From Laetmonice hystrix (Eukaryota), in NCBI GenBank assembly GCA_965235115.1, contig OZ249436.1:28398001-28462000 (forward strand): DNA of 64,000 nucleotides, written 5' to 3'. This document shows positions 50,791-61,686 of this stretch, piece by piece; position 1 is the stretch's first letter, and each line of letters starts with the position of its first letter. The position numbers and the translations under genes were made by a program. A model generated the notes under the pieces. The model was not told the DNA's origin. It saw only the letters and a program-made list of their open reading frames with translations, and ran no database searches.

Positions 50791-53469
50791 CCTGATAGGG
50801 TTAAATCTACAGTGTATCAGCCAGATCTACAGCAATGACGTAGGCCTACATACTTGGAGATATAGGAAAGGACTTTCATTTGACATGTCCTATACTACAT
50901 TGTAATATGCTACAGGTGGTTGCTGCATTTCGTTACTGGCTAATTTGCTTCCGATGAGAATGGGATAAGGTGGGGGTGGGTGGTAAAGGGTGAGAAATAA
51001 GTCTGCAACTTCACACTGACGAAGGGAATCACAATTTATGATATAGCATACAGAACTAGACACGCATCTTCAACTGTTTTTTTTTGCAAATACATGTACT
51101 TGTAGGTCAAACGTTGACCTAGTTTTGACCCATGCTGATGCCAACCAACATCACATTTCCATTGGAAATAGTCAGAAAGATATTGGAAACAGTGTCTACT
51201 GCTATGCCCAGCAATGTTAATGGCCACAGAAATGTATCAGTGAACGTGTGATGATATTGTGGAATGTTCAGTAATAAAGGAGATATGAGCTATTTTATGA
51301 TAAATATCCTTCACATTTTCCATTTAATTGCCAAATACAATGCTTACCACAGCCCTAATGGTTAGTATTTTCAAAGGAATCTTTCAATCTTCCGTTAGGC
51401 CATGTGATTATGTACATTTTTGGTCATGACCTACTTATTGAACTTTGACCTCGATTTCTGACCTAATTATGCAAAATTGAGATGTCCAAATAAAATATTC
51501 GTAATCTGCGCAAAAAACCACTCTAGAAAATGTTGTTTGGCCGCTTTTCCTCAAAAATGCCTATAGGACTTTTTCCAGGCACATTTCTGGATATTTGTTC
51601 CAGTCTATAATAACCATATAAGTAGAAGACACGACCTAGGTTTGTAGATCAAACAATAATTTGGTTGTCGCAAGCGGGTTACCGCATGGAGGTGCCCCGT
51701 TGTGGGACTGTTAAGTGACATGTCTATACGACGGGTGTAGAACAAGCAGTGGCACATCTCACCTTTGTGTCATCAGCAGCGTTTTGTAAAAATCCCTCTG
51801 TGTAAGTTTAAATACACATACTGTAATTGTTTTCAATCATGGCGATGAAGAAAATATTCCTCTGACATTATTTTATAGCTCGCTGAAACGGGCAAGAGAG
51901 ACGCAAAAATAATAACATCCACTGTTAGTTACAAAGTTGCTGTTGTGCTCACACCTTTTGAGTGAATATAGCTAGCCTGAGTGAACATGCAGCATAAACA
52001 GCATTAACGGCATCGTGGATGAAAGTACATGTACATCAAAAGTATTGCTTGGATTCCTCGCAGAATATTAAACAAAATGAAATATCAGCTGAGATGAAGT
52101 GGCCTCTTTTAGCATGAAAATGCTCATGTATGAAATAGTAAAGACTAGCCTAATCTGACGACAAATTATTATCAAATACCAATGTTGTAGTCAGAGATTG
52201 ATTAATAGAAACACGACGAAGTTTCGACGATGGTGTTTAATACTAAGTTAAAATATTAGGACATCCTGCGAAAAGGGCGGGTTAGCTACCTGAAAAGGTA
52301 TACTACGTCTTTCTGGACACTATTCATCGTTCAAGACTGCGATGACGATGTACGGTACTGTAACTGTGTCTGTGTTATGGCGCCATACACCCAGACTGGC
52401 TGCGTACAACATTAATATGTTGATACACCAAAGAAACGGCATACTGATCAGACATATTCAGTTCCATGCATATTGCAGATTCAGTTTTCTTATGAACAGT
52501 AAGTGATGTCGATGCATTGTGACATTTAAGATTACACAAATTCTCGGTCGGGTCCATTTCTGCATAACATTATACGTATTGCAGCACTTTGTCTCGTACA
52601 TTATTAGAAGCCAAGGTAAACTGGTTGATATAACATGAATCATTGATCCTAGGGTAGTTGATCTATCTAACCTTTCTAAATGAAAAGACCAGGGCACATG
52701 TATAAGTTACCAAGCTCACTCTAGAGGTAGGCAACTTCCGGAGTTAGTCTTAAATCATGTTAATTTATCATGCCAGCCTTAGACACATTGTTATTATATG
52801 ATAATGACATAGCCCATGTCAGGTATATGAAGCTAATTGTCACCTGGTGTCATATGCGCAGGCTGCAGCTGTGATTGGGAACGGTGTACACTGTGCAAAT
52901 AGAGTCGTGAGTTTGGAGAATAGCATATTCATTTAAAAGCTTTTAAAAATATCTTGGCTTTGCCCCAGTGTGTGATGACTGCAAGGACAGACTCAACAGG
53001 GACGGTTTGGCGAGTGAAAGGCAACTGGATTGGCTTCGGTATTAATCACACGATCTCAGTCATTCAGAGAAAGAATTTCTGAGCAGCCTAAGCAGGAATG
53101 TGGAGAGAAACCTGGCAAGTATCTGTCAGTGATTCCAAAGAGTATTTCTATGATTGACAACTACAACGGATGTCTATCTCCTTGAGAAAGCCTTCAGTCG
53201 GAATCAAAAGAGAACTGATGAGTAACGGAACTTCGAACCTGAAATAGATTTCAGTCCAACAAAAAACGAACATGTATTCGGCATCTTACCGAATATGAGA
53301 TGTGCCGCATGTTGGCGGGAATGTGTCTGCCGCGTATGCGTGTTGAAATTGGCCACTGCCTTTTTTTTTTGGGGGGGGGGGGGGGTGGCTTGGTGGAGTT
53401 AAATTATCTTGAGTGCAAACTTTAATGTCAACTTGGCGTTAAATCATTATGAAGTAGAGGTTGTTTGAT

Positions 53470-53655
53470 TAAGTGAATGACTGAGTGAGCTAATAGTTTT
53501 ACGAAGTGAGAAAGTACCTGCAACCCGGAGACAGTCCCCGAAAATAAACAGATTTTTTCATATGTCGACTAGTTTTTTTTTTGGCAGATCGTACGAACAC
53601 GGCTTGTCATACCCAAGTCTTTGGTGGCCCATTTGTGTAGCAATGAAGAGAGCTG
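53470..53655 (-). mobile_element. Degenerate second copy of the Deu/Nin-like SINE
   Basis: The reverse complement of ~53598-53652 (GCTCTCTTCATTGCTACACAAATGGGCCACCAAAGACTTGGGTATGACAAGCCGTG) aligns to ~28076-28132. The tail CGTAAAACTATTAGCTCACTCA lies on the minus strand. Confidence 0.5.
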
Positions 53656-53675
53656 TTCTACAATCTGACGGTCGG

Positions 53676-53720
53676 GAGGATGGGTGGCCGAGCAGGTAGT
53701 GCCAGTTCGAATCCTCCCCA
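53676..53720 (+). mobile_element. tRNA-derived SINE head remnant (Pol III A and B boxes)
   Basis: A box TGGCCGAGCAG (53685-53695) and B box GTTCGAATCC (53705-53714). The spacing is too short for a tRNA. Confidence 0.45.
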
Positions 53721-54685
53721 AGCAATGCTGCAGGGAAAGAACCCTTGCCTTTTTAATAAGTGTCGGGTCATGACCCGGTGTACAGGTTTCTCTTGTATTT
53801 GGGCAGAAAAAAACGAATCATTCTTCCCGTGCTGAAGATGGCCAACAGTTTCCGAAAGGACATAAAACCACCAAGGTCAGACGTCCTACCACACTTCCCA
53901 ACACAGGCACTCTCCCCCAGTCACCCCCCCCCCTTCCTAAACAGCAGACTTTTCTTACCCCTATTCTCCAAAGGGTGTGTGTATGTGTGTGTGAGTGATT
54001 CCTAGTTTTTTTCTCAGAAATAAACCGTCCAATGTAATATGGATAGCTTGCACAGCCGCATGCAGTGAGTTGTTATACGATCAGATAATTTAGCCACCGG
54101 CCGATCTCGAAATGATTTCATTTATCGATTCGATGTTCTTTGGTTACTGATGGCCTAGGTATCCTGGCGCGGTCTCCCTGCCCGAGGCGGTATAACCACC
54201 CTCTCTGCTCATGGGCTCTACCCAGCCATCCGTAGGTAATCGCGACGACAGATACTGTAGCCGGGCGGTAACCCCCAGCAACACCTGATAGCAGCTCCTT
54301 GGGCCGCCCACTCGTTTACTGCCTACCGGAGAGTCAAACTGGTAGGACTCCCACTTAATCTGCCGCCATTAGATGCGAGCCATTTGCCTTCGTACCTGTG
54401 GATTCGGCATCTTGACTCGTTCAAACTTGGGAAGCGGCAGGATTTTGTGTGTGTGGTTTACCTAGCGCGTGGGTGTGTCGTGGGTGGTTCCTCCATAGTG
54501 GTGGTATTGGCCAGTCTGACTTATTACCAGATCCAACACCGATGGCAGATCCTCGCTTATATAACGCCGTGGTCAATGCCTTTTCTTTGTAAGCAGCGTC
54601 ATAGCCACAATGGGTATTCCGCTAAGGTGAGTCGCAAGCTCTCTTCCGCTAGGACTGTAGTAATGTGTCGCTGGTTATCAGTTAA

Positions 54686-54971
54686 AGGACCCCATACGCA
54701 TGTTCTCTCCTTCGAAGAACAAGAAGAAGAAGAGAGAAATCTTTCAAGAAGACAGTTTTCACCCAGCGTGCCAAGTGGTGGGCTGAGATACATAAGTCCA
54801 TAGATTATTAACGAATCACAGTCTGTTAAGGCTGGGTTAGGCAATTTGAAGAAGGACTTCTCGACCCATTGCGCCCACCACTAGGCGCGTTGGGTTAAAC
54901 TCTCTTCTTGAAGGAGAGGCCGAGAGATTTCTCTCTTCTTGAAGAAGGAGAGAACATGCGTATCGCCTGGT
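54686..54971. mobile_element. TTAA-flanked MITE (Kolobok-like)
   Basis: TTAA at 54682-54685 and 54972-54975. Inverted arms ATACGCATGTTCTCTCCTTC...AAGAAGAGAGAAATCT and AGATTTCTCTCTTCTTGAAGAAGGAGAGAACATGCGTAT. Confidence 0.7.
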
Positions 54972-56536
54972 TTAAAGGATGGAACACACTATGTCGCGTG
55001 TGCGTACCAACCATCCGTGATGATGAAAATGGGTTCCGTGGATATTACAGGAAAATTCACCCTCATGCACCAGGGCCCTCACATGGTGCAGTCAGGTCGT
55101 GCATGGTAGTTGGTGCATCGACCTCTCCTTCTGAAGATAGCTCCATGTAGACAGTTTACGTGCGGCATACTGGTAAGACCTCCCATGTCCTTTACAGGAT
55201 TAAGTGTAGGTGACAGAAACTTGGAAAGGTCAATGAAGATTGGCAGTAGAGAAGACCGTGTAGTTGTTTCTGAGGGAGTAAACCTTGTTTAGTGGCCAGG
55301 AACAGATAATTGTCACCCAGTGAAGCCAACGACATGCAGTGTTTCCGGTAATGAGGAACGATTTGTAGTCGGTGGGAATGGGATTAGGTGTTGAAGCGTG
55401 ACTGATTTCTCAGGGGAATTTCCTTGTGGAAATGTTTACGCATGGCATGGATTGTGTCGAAAAATGTGAAATTTTCAGCCAGCCAGGTTTTTTGGGGAGG
55501 GGGGGGGGTATTCTGGAGAAGAAGGGGTATTTTACCATAGGTTTTCTCTTGCTGACAGGGGAAAGAAAAATCAAGGAGAACTTGGACTGTTGAAATTAAG
55601 ACTAAACTGCACTTGCCCTTGACAGTAACACTCCTGCGACAAGTTTGCTAATGTCTGGCTGCCCTGGTACGGGTTTTACAAGTCTCTCCTGACATTTAGT
55701 GAAAGTTATTTTCATTCTTAAGTTGCCTTAGGCACGATTTACAGCTAAATTAAGGACCCAGTTGAACCGTGACATTAGCTTAGTCATGCTTTGAAGCAGG
55801 TTACATAAAACAGTTAATTATTCGCAGTTGTCTTTATACGAAGCCGCCGCTTTCCATTGCGTCAGTTTTTCTGAGTTGCCGCAGTGACCCCCATGAGGGA
55901 CATTCAGTCTGTCTTGAATTTTTAAAACAACTTCTTAATTAAGGAGAGTTTATGGGAGACCACGGTATCAGCTCGTACATCTATCAACGTAGTGTGCACA
56001 ATTTATCCGCCGAAAAGCTTTGAATGGTCGGCCGTCCTCAGCCTCACTTGAGGATTATCAGCACAGGTGAGGCTATTCAGATAAGCTAATAGTGGTAGCG
56101 AAGATAACGGTTTTATTCATGAGGCATGCGCCGCCTTTTTAAAGAGAGCATTCATCAATCTTTAAGGTTCATGAATCATGAAAGGTGATCAGCTGTTTGA
56201 TTATCACAGCGCCTGAAATATTATTCTCTTATGTAAATCTCTGGTGCAGCATTCTGTATAGGGAATGGAATTTGGGTAAGTCGGGACAGCTGGGTCATAG
56301 CATCACGTGGTGACGCCTCCTCCTGGCGCTGACAAGCTTGGCGTTGATTTTGTTTGTAGCTATTATTCGTTACTTCCTTCTTGTAATCCTTCTGGAATAC
56401 AAGGATTACGGGTTCTTTGGAACTGAACACAAACCCATACAATTGCATTAGCTGCAAGACTTAATGTGAATGTGACTTTTGGCTTAGAATTTCCAATGAT
56501 CTTACAGTCGACTTGGAAACAGGATTAAACTACCCG

Positions 56537-56596
56537 CCTCCTCCTCCTGCTCCTCCTGCTCCTCCTCCTCCTGCTCCTCCTCCTCCTCCTCCTCCA
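56537..56596 (+). repeat. (CCT)n microsatellite with GCT interruptions
   Basis: Directly visible. Confidence 0.9.
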
Positions 56597-57684
56597 ATGA
56601 TGAGGGCCAATATATGAAATCTTTGGTGAATCTCTTTCCGGAGAACAGGAGGCAGTAAAATGTCGGATGTGGTTGGATCTCTGCCGAATTAATAATCTCC
56701 TTACGTTTATCAGCATAGCCGCTAAATAACAAAGTGGTAATACAATAGTAATTGATTATTAATTAATTGGCTTAACAGTACATCCCAAAAAACTTATCCT
56801 ATCTGTCGATGCAGTCGGTAAGAGTATTTTTTAACAGAATAATTATTAGAAACATTATTGTTCTAAGTTCGATATAGAACGTATCGTAGGTCGGTTGCAG
56901 TAGTCATATATTTTACAACCATGATTTGCGAGATTGATATGATAATTAGATTGATGACAAGCAAAGACTTCTGGTATGTATTTCTGATTCATATGTAACT
57001 TATAGAGTATATGTTTTGAATTATAACGATAGCGGAAGGCAAGGGTTGTCATGTCTGCAACTCTTTGTACTCCACCAAAGCCAAATTTGTATGCCGTTTT
57101 GTATTACGAGGTACTAGTATTTCCTAAAAATGAAGTTAAACAACTTTTAGAAGACATAGATCGTCGTCATTGTGTATGTGAAACGACGACTTATGGACCA
57201 GGCCTTTTAGACTTTGAAAAGATAGACCACGTCACTTTGTATTTACAGTGTTTTATTGCAAGCCTCCTGTTGATGTTATAAGAGTGGAACGCTTTGGCCC
57301 GTTCTCTACACAGTCAAGAGAATGATGGGATTGCCTTAGGAATTATGGCACGAAATTGATATTCTGCAGGTATTAATTCGTTTAAAGCTTATAATGATAT
57401 TGGGGAAACAAGAAATATAGAGTGACATGCCAACTCCATACAAAATGGGTGGTGAATAATTGGTTGATGACTGAGGAGCCCAAGGGTTAACGTGGACTGA
57501 ATTACCAGACTGATTTACAAGCTCTTGGTGCTGGCTCCCATACAACGCATACACAAATCATCGTCATTTCATGATGATGGCGGCGGATTCTGTACAAAAT
57601 GAAGATAACTCCATGCAGGAAATCATAATGGAGATGGGTGTTTTACCAAGAGGCCAGGGGTGGGGAGCAGAGGTGTACATTGGT

Positions 57685-57844
57685 AGGTGGGCGTGTGACC
57701 AGTCAGGTGGGCGTGTGACCAGTCAGGTGGGCGTGTGACCAGTAAGGTGGGCGTGTGACCAGTAAGGTGGGCGTGTGACCAGTAAGGTGGGCGTGTGACC
57801 AGTAAGGTGGGCGTGTGACCAGTAAGGTGGGCGTGTGACCAGTA
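57685..57844 (+). repeat. 20-bp minisatellite x8 (AGGTGGGCGTGTGACCAGTM)
   Basis: Eight units start every 20 bp from 57685, and only the last base varies. Confidence 0.97.
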
Positions 57845-60800
57845 AAAAGAGAGATGAATAGAACCGAAGAAATGATAAAGTGCCGAGACAGTGGCAGCAG
57901 AGGTGACAACAAGGTTTCGTCACCGACATACAGAATAGACAAGCACCGTGTATGTCTTGACCGACCCCACCGCCCTACGGTACATTCTCCGCACATCTGA
58001 AGACCCTCAGTTCCCGCGCATGGTTTCTAATAGGAGGCGGTGTAGTTTATAGTTACGGCATTGTCTTCAACTATGACACTGAAAGATGAAATGGAAAAGT
58101 CGTCCTCTGGTAACATTGTTTTGTCCATTTGTAGTTGTGAGCCACATATTCCCTAAATAAGCCATGTCCTGAAAATGTTCTCTGGTAATGCTAATTTGAG
58201 AGAAACGTGTCACAATGGCAAAGATAATTAGATCATCAACGTTCAAAGTCCTGTATTAATGGAAGTGGGAAGAAGAATCCCGTTTGTCGCCTAATCTTAA
58301 AGTGATTACATAAAAAACGAGAAAGCAAAGTGACTTGGGATGAGGCTGTAATCTCACTGGTGATAGTTGTGTAGATTGTATCATGTATCTATTTATATTA
58401 AGCAAGGAATATCGGAAGTTTCACCGTACGGATATTTCTCTTTCGACTTCGATGACCTAGAAAGGTCAAATCACTGTACTACATTTTCACACATCACGGG
58501 GTTGGACATTCCGGGTTAAATTGGCCCCCTCGTGGGACTACGGTACTGTTTGTATGTGGCGTATATCCACAACGGTCACTGAAACCAGCAACATTGCTGC
58601 TGTACGAAGCCACAGTCTTTTTAACGGTTTTCCTCTGGGATTAGGTCACTCATTTGACAGCTTACCTTTCAAACTTTTGCCTTATTTTCTTAGCCAGTGG
58701 AAAACATCCAATTTTAAACAAACTCGTGTTTAATAACACGACTGTCCTGTCAGTACCTTTTACATTTAATTCTGAAACAATACCTTGAAATGCTGCTGTG
58801 ATCACATTTTTTGGCAATGAAAAAAGCGATCTTCGATCTTAGAGGTTCGCAGGTTATCATTTCTGTGATAACCATTACATGTATGTACATAATTATCACA
58901 TCCTTGCTATGTATGGGGTACTGACATATGACCTTCTGATGGGGAAAAGGACCATTTGCATATGATTTGTATTCATGCAATGTAGGTCAGTAATGAAGAA
59001 TTAACCAGGCTGCTTTAAGAGGTACGCCATTTCAGTAATTATATCATACATATTTATTACAATGTTGAAGAATCTGATAGAGTTACGTATGGGGTTTCCT
59101 ATGTGTTGGGGGGGGGGGGTATTGACTAATGTGAAAATTACATAGAATTCATTGTTTATCCGGAAAACTCATTGATGTTCAGCAAGTAAGCTGATCTGAT
59201 TCCTTTTGGATCCTGAAACCCATTTCCTCATTTTGTATCCGGTAGAGAGCTGACGCGACTCCTGATGACACATATATAACAATGCATGCCGTCACTCTGG
59301 CACACATATTTTTGATTAGCATTGTTGTCAAAGGACCTGAAATAGGACAATCCTAATGGCACTCCATTTGCCTAACACAGCCTCAATAACAATGGGGTAG
59401 AGATACACACCGCCAAGTGTTCGAGTTCCCAGCATACAATTCGTGGCGTCCTTTAACTGCGCTACATTTGTGATGCTGACTCGATCATTCTCGGGTGTTA
59501 AGTCGCAAGTGGACGTATCTCATGTTTATATAGAGATGACCGCTACAGGGGGATTAGGGGGGGGGGGGGTGGGCATATTACTGTTAGAAAGCTTTGGGAA
59601 GATATGAAGGGGGGGGGGGGGGGGTCCTGAATACTACGGTGAACACTGTACGTATCTCTGTGTCTCATCCCAATGCCATGATTGGAAATGGTCCCTTGTA
59701 AACGTGAGGCTATTATTATTCGTCGATTTGTCATGAGGCTTGAGGGGTTCACTTTGCTTGATGCATTCTTGTGACTCGCTGTCGGACACAAGCCGTGAGG
59801 AGTCCATAACAGATGTGATTTTGAGTCGCATCTCTGTTGGTTCTCCAAACCCCCGGCACAAAGTCTGAAGAGTGAGAAATGAGGGAATATTGTCTGTGTC
59901 TCGCCTAAAGTGGTTCTTTAATAATTGGGCGTGTAGGTCTAAAGTTGACTATTACACACAAATTGTTCCAGCGGTGCTCTATACTCAGCAACACAAGGTG
60001 CTTCACGATCGAGTACCAGTATCAAATATCACATCAGAGCTCTAGGGTTGTAGCCCTAGCAATGAAGACATATTGACATTTCCTCTTGTCCGTTCCAATG
60101 ACACACAGATCTTCCTGTTCCAACCGTTGACCACCGTCATGGTCTGGAAATTGGCCTGAGCGGAGATATACGCTAGGATAATGTGTCGTATCGGTGGATA
60201 GCTTATACGATACAGCGCTCAGTGCCATTTCCGGCCCGGGGCAAAACTAGGATTGAATCGCGATAGTAATCCTGGTAGTGATCGGAACCTTGAGACAAGC
60301 AAGACATGGTAGACACTACACGTTACCTGGTGTCCATCTCGATGGATCGGAGAGCCACTGTACCATCTGCAGTGAGTACATTAACATTTTGTGCATTTTC
60401 AAACGAAGGTTGAAAGAACTATATTGGACGTAAATATGCCACAACGTGGTACATTTCCTGGCGTTATCCCACAACAAACCCTCAAGCAAGCGCACGAACA
60501 TTACTTTTAATGAAGTAGCACTTGGAGTTAATTACCAGGTGCTCCATCATGGGCTGGGTGATGGGGAAGTTTTTATGTTCTCTATAACCCATCACCCACA
60601 CCTTGCTCTAGAATGGCTGGACACGCCTTTCCAATCAAGAAACCATGGGAATGGTCGACTAGATGATCCTCGTATAGACTGCGACTTACTGCCTTGGGAG
60701 CTATAACTCGTAAATTGCCGAAGAGTAGACTATTATAGTAGAGCATGCGTAGTAGATAGGCTACTCTCAGGATCCACAACGACACTGGAGTACGTTGTGC

Positions 60801-61517
60801 ACGCAAACCCGCGGAACAAACACTTTGAAAAAAGTATGAGTGGACGGGAAGAATTATCATGGGACTGGGTAATATCGAGAGACCTGGTGACTGAGGACTG
60901 TCGACGTTGTATTTCAGGAATATATTCAGGGCGACGATCATAGACTTTGTCATCACAACTCTCGCCACATTCGTCGCCTCTTATAAAGAAGTAATAGAAG
61001 AAGGAGGAGGAGATGAAGGAGAAAGAAAATGAAGAACCTATTTCAAGCCACTTATAAAAGATATTTGAAAAAAAAGAAGGTAGAAAAAAACGGAGAAAAA
61101 GAAGAAGAAGAAAGGTCTAATGTGTGATGACGTTTCTATCTAGCGATTTTGTTTCACACAGGATTTGTCCAGTACAGCTATATTTGTCGAAGTGCCCCCA
61201 AGTTGTCGGGATAGGAATATTCCTAAAGTGATGATTTGGGTGTCAAAAAAGCTAGTGGTCGTAACAAATGATATTGTTTGCTTTTTGTTATGGCTTCAGG
61301 GTATTCGTGTCAAGTTGCAGTTGTCCTGTATGACGCTTATTACAATGGGCTATAACGGTAGCTGGCAATTTTTATTTCGCCATTAGTTGGACACGACGAT
61401 ATTGAAAGAGGTGATGACTTTAAGAATCAGTCCAAGCCAAGCGAGGACAAAAATATTACTCAGCAAGGAGGGCAACGGTTTCCATGACATTCGCCTCTTG
61501 ACTTGGGAGACTTTACC

Positions 61518-61686
61518 TTGTCCAGCTCTGCGCCCTTTGCCTTTGTCCAGCTCTGCGCCCTTTGCCGTTGTCCAGCTCTGCGCCCTTTGCCGTTGTCCAG
61601 CTCTGCGCCCTTTGCCGTTGTCCAGCTCTGCGCCCTTTGCCGTTGTCCAGCTCTGCGCCCTTTGCCGTTGTCAAGCTCTGCGCCCA
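61518..61686 (+). repeat. 25-bp minisatellite x~6.7 (TTGTCCAGCTCTGCGCCCTTTGCCG)
   Basis: Directly visible. Confidence 0.95.

Larger units (their letters stand above)
48700..51607. mobile_element. Academ-like DNA transposon derivative, 2.9 kb, ~540-bp TIRs, 3-bp TSD TAA
   Basis: TAA|TAGACTGG ... CCAGTCTA|TAA. Segment 48700-~49245 is the diverged reverse complement of ~51044-51607. An Academ-type transposase fragment lies inside. Confidence 0.8.

Noticed and set aside
53676..53720. Possible tRNA gene
   Set aside because: The A and B boxes are only ~10 nt apart and there is no anticodon arm or cloverleaf.
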